Below, piece after piece: positions 20,748-28,954 of a stretch of DNA of 64,000 nucleotides. The DNA lies in IMG/VR virus record IMGVR_UViG_3300027969_000050, positions 1-64,000 of that record; one strand, written 5' to 3'. The stretch comes from a virus. The position numbers and the translations under genes were made by a program. The stretch's first letter is position 1; every line of letters starts with the position of its first letter. The notes beneath the pieces were generated by a model. The model saw only the letters and a list, made by a program, of their open reading frames with translations. It was not told where the DNA came from and did not search any database.

Positions 20748-20987
20748 CTACTCGGCTTTCTTAGCTTTTGCCTTCTTCTTTGGGGCCTCTTCTTCTTGCT
20801 TTGGCTCCTCAGCAGGGGTCTCAGAAGGCGTTACGGCCTCTTTAACGGCCTGCACGGCACCTTTGGCACTCTGCTCTACTTCAACAGTAAGTTCCTCGAC
20901 ACGGGCCTTCCAGCGGCTTACCTCAGCCGTGTGGACTTCAACAAAATGCTTAGCCTGATTGAGAAGATCTTGTGGCGTTACCATCAT
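20748..20987 (-). CDS. Small coiled-coil protein with Lys/Ala tail
   Basis: AAGGAG SD, ATGA overlap. Confidence 0.65.
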   Translation of the reverse strand: MMVTPQDLLNQAKHFVEVHTAEVSRWKARVEELTVEVEQSAKGAVQAVKEAVTPSETPAEEPKQEEEAPKKKAKAKKAE

Positions 20988-21610
20988 GCTCCTTTTTGTG
21001 GTGTTTCGATTGTTACTTCCATGTTCCCAAGTCCGGCAGCCGGACCTTCGGTTTTCTGACGAGCAATCCAGTCAGCTTTTTGTTCTGGATCAACATCAGC
21101 GGGAACCGGAATGGGATTGTCCTGCGTACCCATGCCGTTAAACCTTTGAATTCCCAAACCTCTATCGATAACCATCTGACCGTCATTCAACTCAGCTACA
21201 ACGACACCTTGGTCGTTGAATGTTTCTTCTTTGACGACGATATTTTTATTATCAAATAACTCGCCCTTGTCATTTCGCAGCGCGTCCATTGCTGGATGAT
21301 GCGCCTGCTGATTGGTCAACTGGTCGTCCCAAACTTTCTGAGCTTCAACCTGAGTCAACGCTTCGAAAATCAGGTCCATATTGGCCTGAATACGACTATC
21401 GCTGAACTCTTGCTTTGACAGTTGAGCCATATCGCCACGCATACCGCGTGGACGAAGCTCAATTCGGCGTTCTGGGCTGACACGACAAGTTACAGGCGTG
21501 TAGCGGAGATTCCGGATGTATTTCTTAACACTGCTTGCCCGAGGCGTAGCCTTCTTGGTAGCAGTTGACTTAGTAGGCCGCTTTGCAGCGGGTTTCTTTG
21601 CGGGTGGCAC
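20984..21610 (-). CDS. Conserved-position protein downstream of major capsid gene
   Basis: AAGGAG SD; basic N-terminus; YIRNLR..ELRPRGMRGD. Confidence 0.65.
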   Translation of the reverse strand: MPPAKKPAAKRPTKSTATKKATPRASSVKKYIRNLRYTPVTCRVSPERRIELRPRGMRGDMAQLSKQEFSDSRIQANMDLIFEALTQVEAQKVWDDQLTNQQAHHPAMDALRNDKGELFDNKNIVVKEETFNDQGVVVAELNDGQMVIDRGLGIQRFNGMGTQDNPIPVPADVDPEQKADWIARQKTEGPAAGLGNMEVTIETPQKGA

Positions 21611-21688
21611 TTATGATTCTCCTTTAGCTATATGATCACTTGACTTGGAACTAAACTTGCCATTTATTTAGGGACGGCAAAGGGAACG

Positions 21689-21716
21689 AAAAAGGGGCGA
21701 CTTTTCAGCCGCCCCT
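21689..21716 (-). terminator. Intrinsic terminator after major capsid gene
   Basis: AGGGGCGGCT-GAAA-AGTCGCCCCT followed by T run. Confidence 0.85.
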
Positions 21717-21742
21717 CAAATCGTCCAACTATTACTCTTAAC

Positions 21743-22846
21743 TTAGAGTAGGCCCGACACATCCAGCTTGCTGACAGCGGAGGGCTGACTGCCCGTGCTG
21801 ACCGTCTGCTTAAGGATACGCGAGAGACCGCGTGGGTTAAGCACAAGCATACCTACCAGCTCGTCCATTACCCAGCCCTTGTAGAACTGCTCGACCTGAT
21901 GGTTCTCCTCCACGTCGAGAGAGTACATGACCGGGAACACACCGACGAACTCTGGCTCAGCCGTGAGGAAGATCTCGCCCTGTGGGACAATGATCGACTT
22001 CTGGATCTGGAACTCACCGAAGGAAGTGATCTTCCCACCGCTGAATACCTCGTCCTTGAACTTAAAGCCAGTGACGTTCAGGTCCCAGTTGTATAGGTCC
22101 CGAATGTCAGCCGGATGTGCGAGAACGCGCTTGGCTTCTAGCTGGTTAATCTCAATCTGAGTAACCGCGTTGTAGAAGTCAGCAGGCTCTAGCGGGTTGC
22201 CAGCACCAATGACGACGCTCTGCTCATTGGCGTAAGTGCCAACACCAGCAGCGTTGCCAACCTGCGTGCCGCCCGTAGGGGCTGCACCGATGACGGCATT
22301 GCTGTTTGCGCTACCGTTAGCCGAGTTACGGCTTCCGGCTAGGTCCGAAATGGCACCCTCAAGCAGAACGACCAAACGTGCGTCTTCCTGCTTCTGGATT
22401 GCCTGACGAGTCTCGTCCTGAGCGTACTCAACTGCGTTTACCCGCAGGTAGTAAAGATCTTCCTTGCGAATACGCGGGAAAGATGCGATACGGAAAAGCT
22501 GCGGGAAGGCCTGCTTACCCTCGAAAGGAGTAATTTTGACCTCTGAGTCAGTCTGGTTCAGGACATATGCCCGACCCAGATCGTCCAGAATGTCGTAAGG
22601 CATGAGTGGACCGCGCTCCAACGTATCCTCAACGAGGACGTTGCGCACGATACCTTCGTACCGAAGACGAATCTGAATAGGGCCAATCATGCCCTGACCA
22701 ATACGACGCATTGCGTTCTGCCTGTCGGCAAGAATCGCCTCAAGACGCTTGGCCTTAGCCTGCTTTGTTAGCTTGGGAAGATCCTTCAGCTTTGTTTCAT
22801 AATCAGCCGAAGCAACTGCCTGTCGCGCTGTTAGTTCTAATGACAT
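21743..22846 (-). CDS. Major capsid protein (HK97 fold, Bxz1/cluster C-like)
   Basis: GPIQIRLRYEGIVRNVLVED..YDILDDLG..KITPFEGK..LFRIASFP..KEDLYYLR; real start ATG 22846 after AAGGA. Confidence 0.92.
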   Translation of the reverse strand: MSLELTARQAVASADYETKLKDLPKLTKQAKAKRLEAILADRQNAMRRIGQGMIGPIQIRLRYEGIVRNVLVEDTLERGPLMPYDILDDLGRAYVLNQTDSEVKITPFEGKQAFPQLFRIASFPRIRKEDLYYLRVNAVEYAQDETRQAIQKQEDARLVVLLEGAISDLAGSRNSANGSANSNAVIGAAPTGGTQVGNAAGVGTYANEQSVVIGAGNPLEPADFYNAVTQIEINQLEAKRVLAHPADIRDLYNWDLNVTGFKFKDEVFSGGKITSFGEFQIQKSIIVPQGEIFLTAEPEFVGVFPVMYSLDVEENHQVEQFYKGWVMDELVGMLVLNPRGLSRILKQTVSTGSQPSAVSKLDVSGLL

Positions 22847-22859
22847 TATATCTTTATCC

Positions 22860-23516
22860 TTAGATCTTGAGGTCGATGACAATGCGATTTGCCGAAGGAA
22901 CATCAAGAAGATGCGCCACGACAGTACGCTTGTTGCCGGTAGTACCAACGACGTTGACGCCACTCTGGACGTCTGCGGCCGATTCAGCAATCGCGTTGGA
23001 GGTGTAGCCAGCCGGAAGCGTTAAGACTCCGTTTGTGCCACAAACCAACGGCACAGGCGAACTAGCACCCGTGAGAATTGCTGCGGTAATAGTTGAGGTG
23101 TCGAAAGCCGGGGCCAGAAGCTCGAAAACCGAGTCCGGGCCGCGCCAAACGCCAACCTTATTTTCGTTGCCAAGTTCATCAAGGTCGCCACCAACAAAGT
23201 TGGCAAGAAGACCAAAAGGAACCTCACGCTTGACGCCGGTAGACGGGTTGCCGCCTGTACCAACAGCGACAACGTCGCCGCCTACAGTAGGAACACGAAC
23301 TAGAACGGTGCCGGGAATGAGGCCACCCTTGATGAGCTTAGCCGCTGCCGTGCGTGTGAACGGAGATGAATCCGAACTGCCCGGGGCGGTGAAGCTTGCA
23401 CCAGTACCAATCGAGCTGTGCAGTTCACATGCAAACGGGGTAGCCTGCGTTTGTGCGTAGGCCGCCCGAATGGTTCGCTTCTGCAAAGCATTCGATACAT
23501 TTTTAACTCGAAGCAT
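22860..23516 (-). CDS. Capsid decoration/minor capsid protein
   Basis: QKRTIRAAYAQTQATP..PFGLLANFVGG..VFELLAPAFD; between protease and capsid. Confidence 0.75.
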   Translation of the reverse strand: MLRVKNVSNALQKRTIRAAYAQTQATPFACELHSSIGTGASFTAPGSSDSSPFTRTAAAKLIKGGLIPGTVLVRVPTVGGDVVAVGTGGNPSTGVKREVPFGLLANFVGGDLDELGNENKVGVWRGPDSVFELLAPAFDTSTITAAILTGASSPVPLVCGTNGVLTLPAGYTSNAIAESAADVQSGVNVVGTTGNKRTVVAHLLDVPSANRIVIDLKI

Positions 23517-23608
23517 ATCGATCCTTTAGTTTCGATGATTACATTTGCGTTTTACACGCACTCCGTCAAGAAATTCTCTGACGGAAGATCCTAATTTAAT
23601 AGGAACCT

Positions 23609-26131
23609 CTACATGAAAAGCGCGGAATCTGTTTCCGGCTTCTCGGTAGCGGATTTGTCTGTGCTTGCAGAGCGAGTCATAGACGGCAACCTCTTAGCGG
23701 TCTTGGCCTGACGCCCTAAACCAGCGAGTTTTACCCGCTCGGCGTAGCGCAACGAAGCCTTAACAGCCTCAGTTGACTCTTTCTCTAACTCAGCGATACG
23801 CGCATACTTACGCTCCGTCTCAGTCAGGCCAAGCTCAACTTCGAGATCGGCTAGCTTGAACGCGGAAAGAAGATGCGTTGACTTCTTAACTCCCTCTTCC
23901 GAAGAAGGGAAAGGTTCATTGGTTACGGCTGGTTGCTGCTTTGTTACACCGTTACCATTCATGCCCGAAAAAGTATCCGTCGGGCCAGAGTTGTTATTTG
24001 GCGAAGTGACATGATCTAGCACATCAACTCGTTCCTGAGCATTGCCCATCGGATCTGATGGCTGAGTACCGCTCTTCGCGCTACCGCCAGCAAGTCCGCC
24101 GTCGTCCTTCGGGAATGCTGAGTCGTCGTGAGACTTCTTAACACCCTCGTCGGCAGCCGGGAATGGTTCGCTGCTTACAGGATCGTGCTGATTTTCATTT
24201 GGGAATGTCTGAGTCGGGATAGCTTCAATATTGCCACCCTCCTGCTCCACATCGACCCGCGCAGCAGGATCGTCATTCCAAGCCGGGGCAACCCCGGTTG
24301 AATCAACGGCGACCTGAGCGTCAGCCTGAGAAGATTGCTCGTTTGTTCCCTCATAAACCGCGCCCACGCCATCGACATTAGTCGTAGCGTCGGCTGCGCT
24401 GGCAGAAGCATTGTCCATCGATACCCCATCAGCTACTCGTTCCATTTTATCTCCTGCTTGTTTACGCCCAAGAGCCTCAATAAATTCTTTGGCTGTTAGG
24501 ACAGATGATGTGACCGGCGTAGTTTGATCCGAAACAACTGTTTCTTCTGTTGGTTCGTTGGTCCCCAAACCGTTAGGATTCACAATTGGCTTTTCGCCAT
24601 TGTTAATCTCTCCGGCTACGCGGGGGTCAAGCTCAATTTTCCATGCCATATCGTTTTTTACTGAAGCGAGGGGTCGATTATTAAAGGGTTCATCGCCGGT
24701 AAGGATGTCCTCTAGTTGAACTTCTTCTCGATCCTCCATAGCTTTCGATAGGTCTGGATTGTTAAACCCTTGTGGGGGTTCTGTGTTTCCACAAATTTTG
24801 CATGTCTGCTCACCGTTCATTTGCGCATCGCAGACAGGACACTTGTCTTTTTCGTCTCCCTGATCTTGAATTTCGTTACATACGCTGCAAGGCTCGTCCT
24901 TGTCGTCCTTGGTACTTCCACAAATCTCGCAGATTGCCTCTTGGCGAAGAGTGTCCACCTCGGCAGGAAGGCGCTCCTGCTCTCCCTGAGGCTTGGGATT
25001 GTCAGCTTGCTTGACAGAAGACTGAGGTCGCATTGGCTCGTCGTCGCCCATGTTCCAGTAGCGCTCTTCGTGTTCAAGGACATCTTCACGGTCAGGACCG
25101 CGATCAGAGTTGTCGAGATCCACATGACCACACTCAGGGCAATCAACATAGGACGCCATATAATCATCGCGCTCGCGCTCACCGGGATGATCATTGTGGT
25201 GAGGCACATGACTTAACCCGACTCGGTCCTCTTCAACTTCTTTGCCACAATTGGGACAATTCACAGGATTGTGTTCGGGGACATACTCAGAGCGAGCCAA
25301 GTCTCCCCAGTCAGCGCTTTTCGTATTTGCTGTACGAACCTCACGAAGAAGAGCGGTTTCGTCAGCCGGGTCAAAGACTGCTGAGATCTCAAAGAATTTA
25401 ATTCCGTAGCAGTCCTCGTAGGCTTTGCGTGAAGTGCGATGACCCTTGTCGTCGTAATGATCGAACTGGGCGCCCTTCATCTTCACATGCTGGCAGAACT
25501 CGTCAGGTGAATAAGCGGCGTTCTTACAGATGTTGCAAACCGTGTAGTCAACGTCGCATCCCATCGAGAAACCGTCAATACCCTTACCCGGGTCCTTGCT
25601 TCCCTCAATGATCGCCTTAGCGAGCTTTGGAAAGGACTCAGCGTCCACCTCAAGAAGAAGCTCCACCCAAGTAGGAGGAGTGTGGTTGTCAGGAGCGCTT
25701 GCGTAGTACGAATCAAGCTCGGCGGCGGTTTTGTGATCCTCAACATGAAGCTTGGCATCAACAATGACTCCACGCGCCCTAGAAGGGTCGGAGTTGTTGT
25801 GGTCGATGAAGATTGGCTTGCCAAGGAACGTAGAGAATCCGTACTCGTCGCCCTTCTTGGCCTCAACCGTAAAACCACCTTCGATGCCTGATTGCTTATA
25901 GCGATCAAAGATGTCTGGGTTGCCAGCAAGCTCAATCGCTGGCCAACCATCATGGTTTTTATTTACACGAGACGAGATGGCCCGGATACGAGCATAAAGA
26001 TATCCGTCTTCTGTGCGGTATTCATCAAAATCAGCTAGACGAGAAAGCGAAGCCGATTTGACTTGCTTATTCGAACCCTTGGTGTCAAGGATGTCCGTGA
26101 TTTCAACAGATGCGAACTTAGTAAAAGCCAT
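23609..26131 (-). CDS. Prohead maturation protease fused to Zn ribbons and acidic scaffold-like region
   Basis: RAISSRVNKNHDGW, FLGKPIFIDH, FSMGC, FFEISAVFDPADETA; CxxC pairs; C-terminal repeats EPFP..EGVKKS. Confidence 0.8.
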   Translation of the reverse strand: MAFTKFASVEITDILDTKGSNKQVKSASLSRLADFDEYRTEDGYLYARIRAISSRVNKNHDGWPAIELAGNPDIFDRYKQSGIEGGFTVEAKKGDEYGFSTFLGKPIFIDHNNSDPSRARGVIVDAKLHVEDHKTAAELDSYYASAPDNHTPPTWVELLLEVDAESFPKLAKAIIEGSKDPGKGIDGFSMGCDVDYTVCNICKNAAYSPDEFCQHVKMKGAQFDHYDDKGHRTSRKAYEDCYGIKFFEISAVFDPADETALLREVRTANTKSADWGDLARSEYVPEHNPVNCPNCGKEVEEDRVGLSHVPHHNDHPGERERDDYMASYVDCPECGHVDLDNSDRGPDREDVLEHEERYWNMGDDEPMRPQSSVKQADNPKPQGEQERLPAEVDTLRQEAICEICGSTKDDKDEPCSVCNEIQDQGDEKDKCPVCDAQMNGEQTCKICGNTEPPQGFNNPDLSKAMEDREEVQLEDILTGDEPFNNRPLASVKNDMAWKIELDPRVAGEINNGEKPIVNPNGLGTNEPTEETVVSDQTTPVTSSVLTAKEFIEALGRKQAGDKMERVADGVSMDNASASAADATTNVDGVGAVYEGTNEQSSQADAQVAVDSTGVAPAWNDDPAARVDVEQEGGNIEAIPTQTFPNENQHDPVSSEPFPAADEGVKKSHDDSAFPKDDGGLAGGSAKSGTQPSDPMGNAQERVDVLDHVTSPNNNSGPTDTFSGMNGNGVTKQQPAVTNEPFPSSEEGVKKSTHLLSAFKLADLEVELGLTETERKYARIAELEKESTEAVKASLRYAERVKLAGLGRQAKTAKRLPSMTRSASTDKSATEKPETDSALFM

Positions 26132-26162
26132 CGTTACTTATTAAGTCCCGACCAGACCTGTT

Positions 26163-26345
26163 TTATTTGTTTACGAGGTCTGAAATTCTTGCCTGAGCGT
26201 CATAGCTCAAGGACTTCAAAGTGTTCTTAGCTCCGCTTTCCTGCTTGTCAGGCAAACCCCAACTCTCAATTAAACCGAGGAGCCGACCGCGCAAACGGTT
26301 GAACTCCTCGGCAATGAGATCGTCGCTTGACTTCTCAGTGGTCAT
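26163..26345 (-). CDS. Small hypothetical protein
   Basis: 60 aa, ATGA overlap with upstream gene. Confidence 0.55.
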   Translation of the reverse strand: MTTEKSSDDLIAEEFNRLRGRLLGLIESWGLPDKQESGAKNTLKSLSYDAQARISDLVNK

Positions 26346-27043
26346 CGCACCGATAGGAGGGCGTGAACCTTGCCCTCTGATCTGCGCAACTGCTTGACCT
26401 TGTAACCGTGCGGGCCGAATTCACTCTCAAGGCTGGCCTTGGCCTGCTTGATTGAATCAAACGTGTCGTCTGAAGTTGCCGTGAACGAGGCTACTTTGGT
26501 TGAGGCAAACGCTGGCGATCCAACGTTTACAGTTCCGGGGGGAGCCTCGCCGGGACGCATTGACTTATTGAGGGTGACTTCTTTTTCTTTGTCCTTAGGC
26601 TCTTCAGGAGCCGGAGGAGCTGGCGCGTGCATAGGCGCAGGAGCGTCCTCCATACCCGGAGCCTTAGGCTCTTCGTCATTGATGCCTAGAGCCTCAATGA
26701 TTTTTTTGACGTCTTTGATCAGATCCTTGAGTTCAGAAACTTCCGAGCCGTCTTCATGCTCTTCTTTTTCTTCCGAAGGGCTTTCGCTCTTCTCGTGATC
26801 CTCGTCAATTGCGTCAAACGGAGTCTTAGGCTCGTCTTTATCTTCAGGACCCATCATATCTAGGTCCTCCGAGAAAAGATCGTCCTTAGGCTCTAGAACA
26901 GAGATAACCCAGCGCTCGCCACGACGACGAATACCGGCAATGGTTGAACCCTGTTTAAACTCTGGGTGGCTCTGAAGGCCTAGGAGAGCTTCTTCCTGAC
27001 CCATTCCGGCTCGTGAGGTAACTGTTCTACGATTAAATTGCAT
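26342..27043 (-). CDS. Acidic head-associated hypothetical protein
   Basis: Head module position, low-complexity acidic middle. Confidence 0.6.
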   Translation of the reverse strand: MQFNRRTVTSRAGMGQEEALLGLQSHPEFKQGSTIAGIRRRGERWVISVLEPKDDLFSEDLDMMGPEDKDEPKTPFDAIDEDHEKSESPSEEKEEHEDGSEVSELKDLIKDVKKIIEALGINDEEPKAPGMEDAPAPMHAPAPPAPEEPKDKEKEVTLNKSMRPGEAPPGTVNVGSPAFASTKVASFTATSDDTFDSIKQAKASLESEFGPHGYKVKQLRRSEGKVHALLSVR

Positions 27044-27073
27044 CAACTATTTCCTTCTAGGTAGAGGTTTGTT

Positions 27074-28954
27074 TTATAGCAGCCCGAATAGGAAGTGGTC
27101 TTCCATCGCGGCGTCGGCGTAATGCGTATTCTCTAGGTCCAGTTTGTCTGAATTCCTAGCGATTCCGTTTTCGCCAATAAATTCCCTTTGTTCCATTAAG
27201 TTGTAATCAAACCCAGCGGTCTTACCAACAGTCTTAGACATCATTGGGCGTCGAGCCAACTCAGGATGATGATGCTCTAGTAGCTGACGATCCCCGTCCG
27301 TCATTTCAAAAACTGGGTTCGAATCAACGCTGTAAGAGTCAGGTCCGTCAGTGCTAATGTCAAACATGGCGGTCCGACCGTCTGTATCCGGGTTCCAGCC
27401 AATGTCCTGAAGGTGCTGAGAATGAGTTAGTTCGCTTGCGGGATTGTTCATTCGCTCCGCAATACTAATTGGCCAAGTGTGTAAGACCGGACTCTGGCCT
27501 TCGCGCTCCATAACAAGCCCACGACCTACTTGACCGTTCATGTCGCCTAGGATCTCAAGGTCGTCTGGTGTAGGACCGTGCCAATCAGGATGATCTTCGT
27601 CCGGGCTAGGACGATTTTCGTGAGGGCCAGTGATTTCTTCGTCAGCGGCGTAATGAGGCCCGCCTACAGAATCAATGCGGTTCCATAGATCCTCGCCAAT
27701 CTCATCTCCACTTGCAATCTTGCGCTTCATTACGTTGGTGAGGGACTTAGCGGACCGATGATTTAGGGACGGAGCGAGGTAGTTATTCCTCCACTCCTCC
27801 ATTGCCGTGTCGAATTCTTCGGTAGAAGAAAATTTATTTGGGCAAGGAGCGTCAATCAAAGGAAACGAAGGATCGTCCTTATCGTGGTTTGGTCGGTCGC
27901 CTTCTGGACGAGCAAACTCGTCGTTCCGTGCATGCCGACCCCACAAATTATTTTTTACTGAGGATGTGGGCTGGGAAAGGTCCGTCTGCTCCGGGACCCC
28001 CTCAAACATGGTTCGGTCCGAATTCCCATTGTTTTCAAGCATATCGTTGGGTCCGAGATCAGCGTCACCGTAGTCATCACCATCGTTGGTTGGCTCAAAA
28101 GAAATTTCTTCGTCGTCAAACTCATCAATAGTGAGGTCGCCAGTGTGGTTGAGGCCATACTCGCCAGAAATTTCGTATTTAAGCGTGTCGCCAATGACCG
28201 AACCGCCCATTTGACCAGTTTCAGGGTCAATCTGTCCCGGACCGAGAACTTTTACGAAGTCGGGAATGTCCGAACGGTTTGAAAGCATCTTGTATTCTTT
28301 GCCGACTTCGATTGGCTGACCCGAATTGTCAACCCAACGCATTGTCGAAGGAACGGAATCGTCGTGCATGTGAAGGTCTTCGTGATCATGCTTACTTGGC
28401 TCTTCATCTGCGGACAAACGACTGCTTTTAGAAGTGTCAACAGAGTCATCAATGACCTCCTTTGTGGTAAAGGTCTTATTGCACGCATGGCACATGCTTT
28501 TGCCCTTTTCGCCAACGATTCCCGTTGTGTGAGAGTTACAGTTGGGACACTTACCAGCGATGTTGTCAGCGGCGACCTTAGCGGTGGTCGATCCGGGAGG
28601 AGGTTGCATCCCCGGCATAGGCATAGTGTTCTCTGGCGGAGCCTCTTCCATTGCTGGCATAGGCTGACCAGCGGCCTCCCCTTCAATCTCGGGAGGGGCC
28701 TCTCGACCCTGAACCTGTGCAAACTCCTCAGCAAAGTCCGTGGGGTGATTAAGCATGCTCACAAGAGTTTCAACAATCTGAGAAGGATCCATGCCCTCGG
28801 CCATAAGCGTATCCCTGAGGTACTCTGCTAAAGCGGCGGCCTGCTTCATGTCATGCGGGCCTTGATGGGCCGACTGACGAGAAGCCATCATGCGAAGAGC
28901 CTTTTGCATAGCCGGAGTCATATGATCGTTATTTTGATCCATTGTCTCTTTCAT
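27074..28954 (-). CDS. Acidic multidomain putative internal head protein with Zn ribbon
   Basis: 626 aa; CPNC..CHAC; C-terminal EQREFIGENGIARNSDKLDLENTHY; K-x-A linkers. Confidence 0.6.
   Translation of the reverse strand: MKETMDQNNDHMTPAMQKALRMMASRQSAHQGPHDMKQAAALAEYLRDTLMAEGMDPSQIVETLVSMLNHPTDFAEEFAQVQGREAPPEIEGEAAGQPMPAMEEAPPENTMPMPGMQPPPGSTTAKVAADNIAGKCPNCNSHTTGIVGEKGKSMCHACNKTFTTKEVIDDSVDTSKSSRLSADEEPSKHDHEDLHMHDDSVPSTMRWVDNSGQPIEVGKEYKMLSNRSDIPDFVKVLGPGQIDPETGQMGGSVIGDTLKYEISGEYGLNHTGDLTIDEFDDEEISFEPTNDGDDYGDADLGPNDMLENNGNSDRTMFEGVPEQTDLSQPTSSVKNNLWGRHARNDEFARPEGDRPNHDKDDPSFPLIDAPCPNKFSSTEEFDTAMEEWRNNYLAPSLNHRSAKSLTNVMKRKIASGDEIGEDLWNRIDSVGGPHYAADEEITGPHENRPSPDEDHPDWHGPTPDDLEILGDMNGQVGRGLVMEREGQSPVLHTWPISIAERMNNPASELTHSQHLQDIGWNPDTDGRTAMFDISTDGPDSYSVDSNPVFEMTDGDRQLLEHHHPELARRPMMSKTVGKTAGFDYNLMEQREFIGENGIARNSDKLDLENTHYADAAMEDHFLFGLL

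Noticed and set aside
21667-21677. TTTAGGGACGG identical to 44759-44769
   Set aside because: Only an operator half-site in two copies; could be chance
22847-22990. Longer capsid N-terminus from the ORF track
   Set aside because: Overlaps the decoration gene; ATG 22846 has a proper SD
24750-25320. Intein within the protease gene
   Set aside because: Insert consists of Zn ribbons and acidic linkers; no intein terminal C...HN or LAGLIDADG motifs
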